Shown piece after piece: positions 11,060 through 20,947 of a stretch of 64,000 bases of DNA. This stretch comes from an uncultured Acidobacteriota bacterium. Its GTDB lineage: Bacteria; Acidobacteriota; Vicinamibacteria; Fen-336. The notes below the pieces were generated by a model, which worked only from the letters and a program-made list of their open reading frames with translations, did not search any database and was not told where the DNA came from. Location of the stretch: positions 705,729 to 769,728 of the forward strand of contig CAWKAS010000002.1 in assembly GCA_963847655.1 (NCBI GenBank), read 5' to 3'. Both the position numbers and the translations under genes were made by a program. The first letter of the stretch is position 1; each line of letters starts with the position of its first letter.

Positions 11060-11821
11060 ATGGCAAATCGAACTCCCCTGATCGCCGGTAACTGGAAGAT
11101 GAACAAGACGACCATCGAGGCGGTCGCCCTGGCCACCGAGATCCAAGCCGGGGCGGAGGGCCCCGCGGTCGACGTCCTGGTGGCGCCCCCCTTCACCTCG
11201 CTCGCGCTCGTGGCCAAGGCCCTCGAGGGCTCGAAGGTCCTCCTCGGCGGCCAGAACATGCACTCCGAGCTGAGCGGCGCCTACACCGGCGAGATCTCCC
11301 CCGCCATGCTCACCGACGTCGGCTGCTCCCACGTGATCCTCGGCCACTCCGAGCGCCGTCAGTACTTCGGCGAGACCGACGAGGGCGTGGCCAAGAAGAC
11401 CAGGGTGGCCCTGGACAACGGCCTCCTGCCCATCTCCTGCGTGGGCGAGACCCTCGAGGAGCGCGAGGGCGGCAAGACCATGGACGTGGTCGGCCGCCAG
11501 GTCGACGCGATCCTGAACGCGGTCTCCGCCGACGAGGCGGCGAAGGTCGTGATCGCCTACGAGCCGGTCTGGGCCATCGGCACCGGCAAGGTGGCGACCC
11601 CGGAGCAGGCCCAGGAGGTCCACGCCTTCATCCGCAGGCGCGGGGGCGAGGTCCACGGCCCGGCGATCGCCGACGCCGTCCGGATCCTCTACGGCGGGAG
11701 CGTGAAGCCAGACAACGTGAGGGGCCTGATGGCGCTGCCCGACGTGGACGGCGCCCTGGTCGGCGGTGCCTCCCTGAAGGCCGACTCGTTCCTCAAGCTC
11801 GTCCACTTCGACAAGCAGTAG
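11060..11821 (+). CDS. tpiA: triosephosphate isomerase
   Basis: The 253-aa product has the AYEPVWAIGTGK and GGASLK motifs. Confidence 0.95.
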   Translation: MANRTPLIAGNWKMNKTTIEAVALATEIQAGAEGPAVDVLVAPPFTSLALVAKALEGSKVLLGGQNMHSELSGAYTGEISPAMLTDVGCSHVILGHSERRQYFGETDEGVAKKTRVALDNGLLPISCVGETLEEREGGKTMDVVGRQVDAILNAVSADEAAKVVIAYEPVWAIGTGKVATPEQAQEVHAFIRRRGGEVHGPAIADAVRILYGGSVKPDNVRGLMALPDVDGALVGGASLKADSFLKLVHFDKQ

Positions 11822-12554
11822 CCGCGGGCCTGCGCGCCACGAACGCCTCGCACTCGGTTGGGTCGAGGTCCGGGTCTTCGAAGGGCACGGTACGGGGACG
11901 GAAGCCCACCTCGGAGAGCAGGCGCAGCCAGTCCCCCCGGGCGAACAGGCCCTCCACGTGGCGGTCCTGCTCCACCCACACGGATCCGTCCCGCTCGCGG
12001 AGCAGGAGGGCGTAGTCCACGACGTAGGAGGTGTCGGCGGGGTCGGGGTCCCACATCCACTCGAGGTAGCGGAGGCCGCGCCCACCCCCGTCGACGCCGC
12101 CGTGGTCGGTCGACGGCTGAAAGGTCTCGCGGACGTGATCGGGGACGAAGAGGGCGGCCCCCCCGGGCGCGCAGTGGACGAAGGCGGTCTCCATCGCCCT
12201 CTTGAGGTCCCCCTCCGTGGTCATGTACGTCACGGCGTCGTGCACGAAGACGGCGTCGAACTGCCTCCCCAGGCGCACCGTGCGCATGTCACCCTCGACG
12301 TGCTCGCATTCCGGGTTCCGGGCGCGACTGATCTCCAGCATCGCCGGGGAGCGGTCGACCAGCGTCATCTGGAACCGCTTCTTGAGGAAGGAGGCGTTGT
12401 TCCCTCCCCCGCTGCCGAGCTCGAGGAGGGTGGCGGCCGGGCGTTCGCACGCATCGAGAAGAGTCCTCTCGTAGAACGCGGCCTCCTCCTCGTAGTCGGA
12501 GGGCGGCGACAGGAGCGGCCACCACGACGCGAGCTCAGCGTACAGCCTGGGCAT
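11793..12554 (-). CDS. class I SAM-dependent methyltransferase
   Basis: LELGSGGGNNASFL (motif I GxGxG). The gene is convergent with tpiA and overlaps it slightly. Confidence 0.7.
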   Translation of the reverse strand: MPRLYAELASWWPLLSPPSDYEEEAAFYERTLLDACERPAATLLELGSGGGNNASFLKKRFQMTLVDRSPAMLEISRARNPECEHVEGDMRTVRLGRQFDAVFVHDAVTYMTTEGDLKRAMETAFVHCAPGGAALFVPDHVRETFQPSTDHGGVDGGGRGLRYLEWMWDPDPADTSYVVDYALLLRERDGSVWVEQDRHVEGLFARGDWLRLLSEVGFRPRTVPFEDPDLDPTECEAFVARRPAATACRSGRA

Positions 12555-12752
12555 ACCGAAAGAAGCGGGCCACGGAATCGACGGCTCGTCCTCGCCTGTC
12601 CTCAGGTTAGCACGCGGTGGACCCCACCCCGTCGGGGCGAAGACCGCGTGCTATCCTCGCCGTCGGAGGTGACCCCTGGACTTCGCGCGGGTCTTCGACC
12701 AGGTGGCGACGGCTCTCGACGAGCCGGGCTTGCCCTGCGCGGTCGTGGGCGG

Positions 12753-12820
12753 CCTGGGTCTCGATCGTTGCACCGCGAGTCAGAACGTCACGGCGACGCG
12801 ACGATAGAAGACCTGACCCC
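12753..12820. repeat. REP-like palindromic element, copy c (degenerate)
   Basis: GGGTCTCGATCGTTGCA…GCGACGATAGAAGACCTGACCCC. Confidence 0.4.
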
Positions 12821-12879
12821 GTTTTCTGGTAGACTTGGCGTTTCGGACGGTCTGAAAGAAACGAGGAACGGCGGCGGCC

Positions 12880-13263
12880 ATGGCTTTTCTGTACTACCTG
12901 ATCATCTCCGTGCACATCATCGCGTGTCTCTTCCTGATCGCGGTCGTGCTCCTGCAGCAGGGCAAGGGACAGGACCTCGCGAGCGCGTTCGGGGGCGGCG
13001 GCTCCCAGACCGCCTTCGGCCCCCGGGGCTCGGCCACGGTGCTGTCGCGGGCCACCACGATCCTGGCCGCGGTGTTCATGCTCACGAGCCTGAGCCTCTC
13101 CGTGATGAAGCCCGGCCGCAGCTCGGTCCTCGACCAGGTCCCGGAGACCGCCGCGACCCCGTCGCCGGCCCCGCCCGCGGAAGAGGCGGCCCCGCCCGCG
13201 ATGCCGGTCCCGCAGGACGACGCCGGCGACGCCGCTCCGGCGGAGGCCCCCCCGGCCGAGTAG
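12880..13263 (+). CDS. secG: preprotein translocase subunit SecG
   Basis: The product is 127 aa with two TM helices and a Gly-rich loop (LQQGKGQDLASAFGGGGSQTAFG). It occupies the usual position after tpiA. Confidence 0.8.
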   Translation: MAFLYYLIISVHIIACLFLIAVVLLQQGKGQDLASAFGGGGSQTAFGPRGSATVLSRATTILAAVFMLTSLSLSVMKPGRSSVLDQVPETAATPSPAPPAEEAAPPAMPVPQDDAGDAAPAEAPPAE

Positions 13264-13270
13264 TCGCCCC

Positions 13271-15448
13271 TCAGGGGGACGAGGGGGCGGCGGGCGCGGC
13301 CGACGCGCTCTGCTCGGCGGGCGCCTCCGGCAGGGGGTCGACGACCTCGAACGGCTCATGGAGGACCACCCTCTCTCCCGAGAGCTGGTCCTCGACGGTC
13401 ATCACCATCTCGTACTCACCCCGGGCGACGCCGTCGAGCTTGAAGCCGAACAGGCGCGTGAGGGCCCCGAGCGAGGTGGGACGGATGAGGCTCGGCTCCA
13501 GTCCGGTGAGGGTCGACCCGTCGGGCCGACGGATCTGGTAGCCCTGGACCACCTGGGGCATCCCCGTGGAGTCCTTCTTCGCCCCGAAGACCTCGAACTG
13601 GCACAGGAGCTGCTCCCCCTGGGGGAACTCCCTCCGGGCCAGGGGCTGCGGGTTCACCGGGTGCCCGCTCTCGTCGGTCTGGTGGCTGTCGCTCAGGATG
13701 GGCGTGGTCACCCAGAAGCCACCGAGAGGCGGCACGTCGAACTCGTGCACGACTGATCCGATCAGCCCGGTGGAGGTCTCGCGAACGATGATCTTGGCCT
13801 GATGGTCCCCCGGCTGCAGCTCGAAGTCGCGGAGGATGGGGAACCAGACGCGGTTGAGGCGCTCCCGGGTCGAGGGGCGCAGCCTCATGTTGATGGCCTG
13901 ATCGTAGCGCAGGAACTCCCCGCTCTCCCGGTGGGCCACCACGAGGAGGAACTCGATCTCGTCCACCTCGCGACCCTCCTCCTGCGTGAACTGGAGCCCG
14001 CGGATGTCGACCTCGGCCACGACGAGGACGCTCGCCTTCCCCAGCATCACCTCGGGGCCGACGTAGTGGGTCATCCGGATGGGGATGGCGCTGCTCGGCC
14101 AGGGCGAGTCGAGGGCGGCCTGGATCACGGGGTCGACACCCTCGCGGCCCTCGAGTGCGACGGTTCCCTCGTCCGACGGCGCGAAGTAGCCCCTTCGGGC
14201 CCGTGTCTTCAGCCCCTTGCCCTTGCCCTTCTCGAAGTCGACCTTGATCTCCCGGAAGGCCCCGTCGCGGGCGGTGTTGGTGGAGACGTACCCGAGCAGG
14301 TAGTAGATCTGGGTCTCCTGCGCGATCCGGTGGATCCCCCCGGAGAGGTCGTTGGTGTTCTTGACGGTAAAGCCACCGCTGTCGGCGGCCAGGGCCTCGG
14401 ACCCGTCGTCCACGCGGTCCATCGACGTGAAGGCGTAGCCCACGTCCTGGGCGGGCAGCGCGGGGCCGAACTCCGCCGAGAGCTCCATCGGCATCCCGTC
14501 CAGCCCGCGGGCGTTGAGGAAGTAGATGGCGGCGTTGGCGCGGCGCGAGGCGGCGTTGACGCGCTTGAACTCCTCGAGGTTGGGATCGTGGATGAAGCCC
14601 TCGGACACCAGGATCACCGACTTGCGTCCCTTGACTGCGGCCAGGCCGTTCAGGGCGCGCTCCAGGACCTGCAGGGCGATACGGGTGCGCATGCGGGCCT
14701 GGAAGTACACCTCGGAGGCCCGCGCGGTCACGAAGGGGTCGGAGAGGGTCCCGCTCAGCGGGTTGTTCGGGTCCCGCTGGGCCATCATGGACACGCCGTA
14801 CTTCTCGAAGCGCCTCATGACCTGCGCCGTGACCTGGGGATCGCGCATCACGTGGATCCGCATCGCCTCCCAGTCGGTGAGCCGCTCCTGGGAGATCTCG
14901 GGAACGCGCCGTCCGTCGAGCCGCTTGAGGGTGTCGATGAGCTGGTCGCGCCCGGCCTCCATGCGCGCCGTCCACCAGGCGCTGCCCGAGGTCGCGATGA
15001 GGTTGACCTGGTCCCCCTCGCGGATCGCGTTCTCGAGAAAGCTCGCCACCGCGGCCTTGGCGTCCCGAGCGCGGAAGGGGGTCAGGTTCATGTCGTCGAA
15101 GACGACCACGAAGGTCCGCCCGCGCTCCGCGTCGACCGCGGTGTTGACGGAGATCCGCGGGGGAGGAGGCGGCGCGGCGGAGGGCTCGTCGGGGAGCTGG
15201 ACCGCCTCGAAGCTGACGACCGACTGGCGCACGCCGTCCTCTTCGATGACCAGGTCGTCCCGGGTGATGCCGGCCACGGGGTTGTCGTCCCCGTCGGTCA
15301 CGACCAGGTCGACGATGACCTGCTCGACCCCGGCGGTGAAGGTGGGTGGCGCGACCTGGGAGGCGCCGGGCGGCGCCGCGGCCTCCTGGGCCAGGAGGCC
15401 GGGAACGCCGGCCAGGAGCAGGATGGCGGAGGCGAAGGGCGCCCTCAC
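13271..15448 (-). CDS. secreted VWA-domain protein (Acidobacteria/Gemmatimonadetes-type VWFA-related)
   Basis: The 725-aa product has a signal peptide and a VWA-like region (FVVVFDDMNLT…, KSVILVSEGF). The start is GTG. Confidence 0.65.
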   Translation of the reverse strand: MRAPFASAILLLAGVPGLLAQEAAAPPGASQVAPPTFTAGVEQVIVDLVVTDGDDNPVAGITRDDLVIEEDGVRQSVVSFEAVQLPDEPSAAPPPPPRISVNTAVDAERGRTFVVVFDDMNLTPFRARDAKAAVASFLENAIREGDQVNLIATSGSAWWTARMEAGRDQLIDTLKRLDGRRVPEISQERLTDWEAMRIHVMRDPQVTAQVMRRFEKYGVSMMAQRDPNNPLSGTLSDPFVTARASEVYFQARMRTRIALQVLERALNGLAAVKGRKSVILVSEGFIHDPNLEEFKRVNAASRRANAAIYFLNARGLDGMPMELSAEFGPALPAQDVGYAFTSMDRVDDGSEALAADSGGFTVKNTNDLSGGIHRIAQETQIYYLLGYVSTNTARDGAFREIKVDFEKGKGKGLKTRARRGYFAPSDEGTVALEGREGVDPVIQAALDSPWPSSAIPIRMTHYVGPEVMLGKASVLVVAEVDIRGLQFTQEEGREVDEIEFLLVVAHRESGEFLRYDQAINMRLRPSTRERLNRVWFPILRDFELQPGDHQAKIIVRETSTGLIGSVVHEFDVPPLGGFWVTTPILSDSHQTDESGHPVNPQPLARREFPQGEQLLCQFEVFGAKKDSTGMPQVVQGYQIRRPDGSTLTGLEPSLIRPTSLGALTRLFGFKLDGVARGEYEMVMTVEDQLSGERVVLHEPFEVVDPLPEAPAEQSASAAPAAPSSP

Positions 15449-15765
15449 GACACCTCCGCGCCGATCCGGACGAGGACCTGCCCGTCCTCGACCTTGACCT
15501 CGTGGCGCGGCACCCGCATGTCGTCGCTGGTGGTGTTCAGGCCGGTGGTGACGTCGAAGGTCCAGTTGTGCCAGGGGCAGCTCACCTCGGCCCCGTCGAC
15601 GAATCCCTGCCCCAGGGGCCCGCCGCGGTGGGGGCAGCGGTTCGACAGGGCATGAAACGTCCCTCCCACGTTGAAGACGGCGACGATCTCGGACCCCACC
15701 GTCACCTCGGCGGCGCGGCCCGGCGGGAGGTCGGAGGCGGCCATCACACGGACGAACTCGGACAT
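15445..15765 (-). CDS. Rieske (2Fe-2S) domain protein, NirD-like small subunit
   Basis: CPHRGGPL…CPWHNW Rieske motifs are present. The start at MSEFVRV has a GGGAGAG RBS upstream. Confidence 0.75.
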   Translation of the reverse strand: MSEFVRVMAASDLPPGRAAEVTVGSEIVAVFNVGGTFHALSNRCPHRGGPLGQGFVDGAEVSCPWHNWTFDVTTGLNTTSDDMRVPRHEVKVEDGQVLVRIGAEVS

Positions 15766-15832
15766 CACTCTCCCTGGCAGGTCCTCGGATCTCCAGTGTA
15801 TACCAGCGCCGGAGACGGCCTCGGAGGACGGG

Positions 15833-16513
15833 TCAGGACCCGGCGCCACGTCCTTCCAGCGCCTCGAGGACTGCGGAGAGCGGACGCTCGTCGAGCGAGG
15901 CCATCACGAGATCCACCTCGGGCCGGGCGAGGCTCCGGGTCAGGACGTTGGGCACCGCGACGCAGCGCATCCCCGCCGCCAGGGCGGCCCGCATCCCGTG
16001 CGGGGAGTCCTCGAAGACGACGCAGCGCTCGGGGGCCACGTCCAGGCGACGGGCAGCGAGGAGAAACAGCTCGGGGTCGGGCTTCACCCGGGTCACGTCG
16101 TCCCGGGCCACCACCACGTCCAGCAGATCCCGGATCCCGTGACGGCGGAGCCACCCCTCGACCCAGCCGCAGGAGCTGCTCGAGGCCACCGCCCGCCCCA
16201 GGCCCCGGCTCCGCGCGTCGCGCAGGAGGGTCTCCACTCCCGGGAGCAGCGGCTGCGGCTCGCTGAGCCGGTCGGAGACGGCACGGACCTCCCGCTGGAG
16301 CTCCTCGCGGGGCAGATCCTCCCCCACCAGGGACTCGAGGTGGGCGTGGGCGTCGAAGCCGCCGTGGGTACCGAGGGCGTGCTGCCACTGGTCGAGGGCG
16401 AGCGACTGCCCCCGCCTCTCGTAGGCGCCCTTCCAGGCTTCGAAGATCGGGGTCTCGGTGTCGACGATCAGGCCGTCGAAGTCCAGGACGATGGCGTCGA
16501 TGCTCAGAGTGAC
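15833..16513 (-). CDS. HAD-family hydrolase (beta-phosphoglucomutase-like); start codon unclear
   Basis: …IDAIVLDFDGLIVDTE… (HAD motif I DxDG) is present, along with C-terminal motifs. There is no in-frame ATG/GTG/TTG near the N-terminus. The gene overlaps the upstream DLH stop, so a CTG start or translational coupling is possible. Confidence 0.55.
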   Translation of the reverse strand, partial: VTLSIDAIVLDFDGLIVDTETPIFEAWKGAYERRGQSLALDQWQHALGTHGGFDAHAHLESLVGEDLPREELQREVRAVSDRLSEPQPLLPGVETLLRDARSRGLGRAVASSSSCGWVEGWLRRHGIRDLLDVVVARDDVTRVKPDPELFLLAARRLDVAPERCVVFEDSPHGMRAALAAGMRCVAVPNVLTRSLARPEVDLVMASLDERPLSAVLEALEGRGAGS

Positions 16514-17175
16514 CTCGTCAGGTGGTCGATCGTCCGCTCCCAGCTCTTCACCGCGGCGTCGCGGTCGTAGACCTCGGGGCGGCCGTCGTTGAAGAAGGCG
16601 TGCTTCGTCCCCGGGTAGAAGTGGAACTCGAACGGCTTGTCGCGGCGCCCCAGCTCGGCCTCGAAGCGGGCGACGTTGGAGTTGGCGAAGTCGTCGTCCT
16701 CCGCCCAGTGGCCGAGCACGGGGGCGGTCAGCCCATCGAAGTCGAAGTCGACCTTCGGGTGCCCCCCGTAGTACACGACGCAGGCGGCGACGTCCTTGGG
16801 GTTGGAGCAGGCGGCGAAGAGGCTGAGGGCGCCCCCCATGCAGAAGCCGACGGTGGCGACGGGACGGCCGGTGACGAAGCGCAGGCGCTCGACCGCGCCC
16901 CGCAGGTCCTTCTCGGCCTCGGCGATGTTCAGGGCCATCGAGAGCTTGTGCGCCTCGTCGGGGGAGCCAGCCGTCGTCCCGCGATACAGGTCGGGGGCGA
17001 GGGCGTGGAAGCCCTCGAGGGCGAACTTGTCGGCGACCCGCTTGATGTGGTCCACGAGGCCCCACCACTCCTGGATCACCACCACCCCGCGCCCGCGGGC
17101 CTTGTCCGGTGCCGGGACGGCCATGTAGCCGCTGGCCGTCTTCCCGCCGGAGCCGAACGTGATCATCTCGCCCAT
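16504..17175 (-). CDS. dienelactone hydrolase family protein
   Basis: The 223-aa product has the conserved GFCMGG nucleophile motif. Confidence 0.8.
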   Translation of the reverse strand: MGEMITFGSGGKTASGYMAVPAPDKARGRGVVVIQEWWGLVDHIKRVADKFALEGFHALAPDLYRGTTAGSPDEAHKLSMALNIAEAEKDLRGAVERLRFVTGRPVATVGFCMGGALSLFAACSNPKDVAACVVYYGGHPKVDFDFDGLTAPVLGHWAEDDDFANSNVARFEAELGRRDKPFEFHFYPGTKHAFFNDGRPEVYDRDAAVKSWERTIDHLTRSL

Positions 17176-17306
17176 GGCTGGTCTTCCTCTCCGCCCGCGC
17201 GTCGACCCGGTGGCCCCGGGCCCGCCCTCCTCCTATCATAAGCGGCGAGTGCCACCGGGGCGGCACCGTCACGGGCCGGCCCCTACACCGCTTCGAGGTC
17301 GCCGCC

Positions 17307-18662
17307 ATGAAATCCGCCCTTCTCACCCTCCTCGCCTGCGGGCTGATCCTCCCCGCGACTGCCGCGCCCCCGCCCCCCGACGGCGCTTCCGCGTCCGGCG
17401 AGGCCCCGGCCCTCCTGTCCTGGTCGGAGCAGATGGCGGAGCGCGACCGCTGGCTGGAGAAGCGCCACCTCATGCTCGCGGGCATGATGCGCCGCCACGA
17501 CCTGGACTGGTGGATGGTGGTGAGCGAGGAGTTCCACGAGGACCCCCTCACCCCCTACGTGGCCCCGGCCCGCCCCTACGCCGGCAACCGCGACGTCTTC
17601 CTCTTCATCGACACCGACGAGGGAGGGCTCCGCAAGGTGGCCCTGAGCGGCTACGCCGAGGAGAGCGTCGGCCGCTTCTTCGAGAGCGCGAGCGAGCCGC
17701 GGCAGCTGGAGGAGGCCCTGCGCGAGCTCTCCGCGGAGCACCCCCCGGAGCGGATCGGCCTGTCCATCGGCGGCCACCGTGGGATGACCCGCAGCCTCAC
17801 CCACGACAGCTACCGGCTCCTGAGCCGGGCCCTCGGCGCCGAGGCCACGCGGCGCTTCGTCAGCGCGGAGGGCCTCATCGAGGAGTACCTCGACACCCGC
17901 ATCCCCGAGGAGTTCCCCCACTTCGAGGTCCTCGTGCACCTCACCGAGGTGCTGGCGAGACGGGCCCTGTCCAACGAGGCCATCACCCCCGGGCGCACGA
18001 CGGTGGGCGACCTGCGACGCTTCCTCTTCGACGCCCTGTGGGCACAGGGGGTGGGGACCTGGTTCCAGCCGGACTTCCGGGTCCAGCGCGCGGGCGAGCG
18101 GGGCTCGACCTCGCGCGGCTTCCTCGCGGTGTCGCCGGAGGACACGGTGATCGAGCGCGGGGACCTGCTGCACCTCGACTTCGGGATCTCCTACATGGGC
18201 CTCGACAGCGACTGGCAGAAGATGGCCTACGTCCTGGAGGAGGGCGAGACCGACGCGCCCGCGGGCCTGAAGCGGGGTCTCGAGAACACCCACGTCCTTC
18301 AGGATGCGCTCATGCTCCGCGCCGCCCGGCCAGGCCGGGTGGCGGGCGAGGTCTACGCCGAGGTGATGGCGGAGATGAAGGAGAGGGGGATCGAGGCCAT
18401 GGTCTACTCCCACCCCCTCGGGAACCACGGCCACGCCCTCGGACCCCGCGTCGACTTTCGGTCTCGCCTGCGGAGTCCCGACGGTCGCCCCCGGCACCTG
18501 CGCCCGCACTCCTGGATATCCGTCGAGCTCAACACCGCGGTCGAGGTCCCCGAGTGGGCCGGGCAGAAGGTCTTCATCATGCAGGAGGACCCCGCCCACC
18601 TGACCGACGAAGGCTACCGCTTCTTCCGGCCGCGCCAGGAGGCCTTCTACCTGATCCGTTGA
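17307..18662 (+). CDS. M24-family metallopeptidase (Xaa-Pro aminopeptidase-like), secreted
   Basis: A signal peptide (MKSALLTLLACGLILPATAA) and a C-terminal pita-bread fold region (HPLGNHGHALGP) are present. Confidence 0.65.
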   Translation: MKSALLTLLACGLILPATAAPPPPDGASASGEAPALLSWSEQMAERDRWLEKRHLMLAGMMRRHDLDWWMVVSEEFHEDPLTPYVAPARPYAGNRDVFLFIDTDEGGLRKVALSGYAEESVGRFFESASEPRQLEEALRELSAEHPPERIGLSIGGHRGMTRSLTHDSYRLLSRALGAEATRRFVSAEGLIEEYLDTRIPEEFPHFEVLVHLTEVLARRALSNEAITPGRTTVGDLRRFLFDALWAQGVGTWFQPDFRVQRAGERGSTSRGFLAVSPEDTVIERGDLLHLDFGISYMGLDSDWQKMAYVLEEGETDAPAGLKRGLENTHVLQDALMLRAARPGRVAGEVYAEVMAEMKERGIEAMVYSHPLGNHGHALGPRVDFRSRLRSPDGRPRHLRPHSWISVELNTAVEVPEWAGQKVFIMQEDPAHLTDEGYRFFRPRQEAFYLIR

Positions 18663-18728
18663 GCCGGGATGTCCTGGCCCCTTTGTGCATCGGGCCCACG
18701 GAGAGACGTCGAGGTAGAATCTCCAGCC

Positions 18729-19313
18729 ATGCAGGTCCACGTGCGCGTGTGCAAGGAGTGCGGCGAGGAGTACCGCCCCGACATCGCCGTCTGTGCCGAC
18801 TGCGGCGGCGAGCTCGAGGACGTGTTCGAGGAGGAGGGCGCACCGCCCACGCCGCGCCGGCCCGACCCCGGCGAGCCCGAGGCGCTCGACCTGAGCGACC
18901 ATCGGCCGGTCTTCCAGACCGCCCGCGCCCCCGACCTCGTGCCCCTGGCCGAGCGACTGAAGGAGGCCGCGATCGAATTCCACCTGGTCGAGGAGGGGGA
19001 AGAAGGCGCCCCCTCTCGCTACAGCCTGATGGTGCGGGACGACGAGGTGAAGGCCGCGCTCGAGGCGCTGGCCGACCTGCTGGCCCCCCACGCGGAGGGC
19101 GACGAGGTCCACGCCCTCGAGACCCACTACCAGTCGGGCCGCTACGTGAAGTGCCCGGCCTGCGGCGCCGAGCAGGGCTCGGGGCTGGCCGAGTGTGCCG
19201 AGTGCGGCCTCACCCTGGGTCCGATGGTGCCGACCTGCCCGAGGTGCCACTCGCCCCTCGAGCAGGAAGGGGCCGCCTGCACCGTGTGCGGGGGCCCGAC
19301 CCCGACCGGCTGA
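18729..19313 (+). CDS. zinc-ribbon protein (two CxxC…CxxC modules flanking an acidic linker)
   Basis: MQVHVRVCKECG…CADCGG … CPACG…CAECG…CPRCH…CTVCG. The ATG at 18729 is an internal start of track ORF 18669. Confidence 0.5.
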   Translation: MQVHVRVCKECGEEYRPDIAVCADCGGELEDVFEEEGAPPTPRRPDPGEPEALDLSDHRPVFQTARAPDLVPLAERLKEAAIEFHLVEEGEEGAPSRYSLMVRDDEVKAALEALADLLAPHAEGDEVHALETHYQSGRYVKCPACGAEQGSGLAECAECGLTLGPMVPTCPRCHSPLEQEGAACTVCGGPTPTG

Positions 19314-19345
19314 TCGACGGGTCGCGGGGCCGCTATACTCAGAGC

Positions 19346-19795
19346 ATGCCGGACTGGTGGACCGCTCCCGAGGGGGTGCGCGTCCTCCCCGACGGGGGTT
19401 GGCGCGTGGGGGGGTTCGCCATCGCCCACGAGCCCTCGCTCCGCTACCTCAAGGCGCGCCTCGTCTTCGAGGAGGGTGGCGCCTTTCTCGTGGAGGGCCG
19501 CGAGCGGGTGCCGGTCGTGGTGGAGGGCCCTGCCTTCGAGGTGACCGCCTTCCGCCTGGACGAGGAGGCGGGCGACGTCCGGGTGTCGCTCGACGACGGC
19601 AGCGAGGAGAGGCTGGCCGACGACGCGCTCTCCCTGAGCGCGGAGACCGGCCGGTTCGAGTGCCTGGTCCGCGGGGGATTGGCCCGCGCCGTCCTGTCAC
19701 GAGCGGCCCACCAGCTGCTGCTGGCCCGCGTCGAGGAGGACGAGGGGCTCTTCATCCTGCGGGTCGGTGACCGTCGGATCCCGATCCGGACCTGA
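19346..19795 (+). CDS. DUF1285-like protein
   Basis: MPDWWTAPEGVRVLPDGGWRVGGFAIAHEPSLRYLKARLVFEEGGAFLVEG… (149 aa). Confidence 0.5.
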   Translation: MPDWWTAPEGVRVLPDGGWRVGGFAIAHEPSLRYLKARLVFEEGGAFLVEGRERVPVVVEGPAFEVTAFRLDEEAGDVRVSLDDGSEERLADDALSLSAETGRFECLVRGGLARAVLSRAAHQLLLARVEEDEGLFILRVGDRRIPIRT

Positions 19796-20822
19796 CGTGG
19801 ACGCGGCCGACCACGCGCGGCGCCTCGCCCGGGAGGCCGGCTTCGACCTCGTGGGGATCGCCGGCACCGAGGCCCCGCCCGAGCTCGCCTTCTTCACCGA
19901 GTGGGTGGCCCGGGGGCACGCCGGTGACATGGCCTACCTCACCGGGCAGGTCGAGAAGCGGAGCGACCTGCGCACCGCGTTCCCCTGGGCGCGATCCGTG
20001 GTCTGCGTGGGGCTCCAGTACGACACGCCGCACCCCTACTCCACCGAGGCCCCGCCCGGGCGGGGATGGATCGCGCGCTACGCGTGGGGGGACGACTACC
20101 ACGAGGTGATGAAGGCGATGCTCGACCGGGTCGTGGAGGGGCTGAAGGCGGAGATCGGCCCCTTCGAGGCCCGCACCTACGTCGACACGGGTCCGGTGGT
20201 GGAGAGGGTCTGGGCGGCGGCCGCCGGCCTCGGGGCCTGGGGCAGGAACACCTGCCTCCTCCACCCCGAGCACGGGTCGTGGTTCTTCCTGGGCGAGATC
20301 GTGACCGATCTCGAGATGGGACCGGACGCCCCCCGGGCGGACATGTGCGGGAGCTGCACCGCCTGCCTCGAGGCCTGCCCCACCGGGGCCCTGCCCGCGC
20401 CCGGCGTCCTCGACGCCACGCGCTGCATCAGCTACCTGACCATCGAGCTCCGGGGGCCGCTTCCCGAGGAGCAGCGGGAGGGCGTGGGCGGCCACGTGTT
20501 CGGGTGCGACATCTGCCAGGACGTCTGCCCCTGGAACCGCAAGCGGCGGCGGCGGGGCGGGGCGCCCTTCGAGCCGCGACCCGAGGGCTTCGCCCCCGAC
20601 CTGGCGCGGCTGGCCTCGCTGGACGAGGAGGGCTTCCGGGAGCGCTTCCGGCGCAGCCCGCTGAAGCGGGCCAAGCGCCGGGGGCTCCTCCGGAACGTGG
20701 CCGTGGCCCTGGGCAACTCCGGCGACCCCGCCCACCGCCAGGTGCTCGAGCACCTGGCCCGGGACGAGGATCCGGTCGTCCGCGAGCACGCGGAGTGGGG
20801 GCTGAGGAGGCTGGGAGGGTAG
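19767..20822 (+). CDS. queG: epoxyqueuosine reductase
   Basis: CGSCTACLEACPTGA…CDICQDVCPWN 4Fe-4S motifs and a HEAT-like C-terminus are present. A GTG at 19767 or at 19796 is possible as the start. Confidence 0.85.
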   Translation: MTVGSRSGPDVDAADHARRLAREAGFDLVGIAGTEAPPELAFFTEWVARGHAGDMAYLTGQVEKRSDLRTAFPWARSVVCVGLQYDTPHPYSTEAPPGRGWIARYAWGDDYHEVMKAMLDRVVEGLKAEIGPFEARTYVDTGPVVERVWAAAAGLGAWGRNTCLLHPEHGSWFFLGEIVTDLEMGPDAPRADMCGSCTACLEACPTGALPAPGVLDATRCISYLTIELRGPLPEEQREGVGGHVFGCDICQDVCPWNRKRRRRGGAPFEPRPEGFAPDLARLASLDEEGFRERFRRSPLKRAKRRGLLRNVAVALGNSGDPAHRQVLEHLARDEDPVVREHAEWGLRRLGG

Positions 20823-20858
20823 CGAGGAGCTCAGCGCGGGGCGAAGGGGGTGCGGAAG

Positions 20859-20929
20859 GGGGTCAGGTCTCGAATGTTGCATCGCGGACGAGAACGACGC
20901 GGCGACGCAACATTAGAAGACCTGACCCC
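20859..20929. repeat. REP-like palindromic element, copy d
   Basis: GGGGTCAGGTCTCGAATGTTGCATCGC-N19-GCGACGCAACATTAGAAGACCTGACCCC, located between the convergent queG and a lipoprotein gene. Confidence 0.7.
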
Positions 20930-20947
20930 TGGCGTGGACGACCTGGC

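Noticed and set aside
12607-13359. A 250-aa minus-strand ORF overlapping secG.
   Set aside because: It is antisense to the conserved secG and has Arg-rich spurious composition.
15833-17551. A single 572-aa ORF spanning HAD and upstream sequence.
   Set aside because: Only the C-terminal ~226 aa are HAD-like. The N-terminal part overlaps the dienelactone hydrolase gene in another frame and is low-complexity.
17159-19795. An 878-aa + strand ORF, and the overlapping 655-aa minus-strand ORF 17283..19250.
   Set aside because: Both have low-complexity Arg/Pro/Gly-rich translations running antisense to, or out of frame with, the M24 peptidase and zinc-ribbon genes. Only the final 150 aa (DUF1285, 19346..19795) looks genuine.
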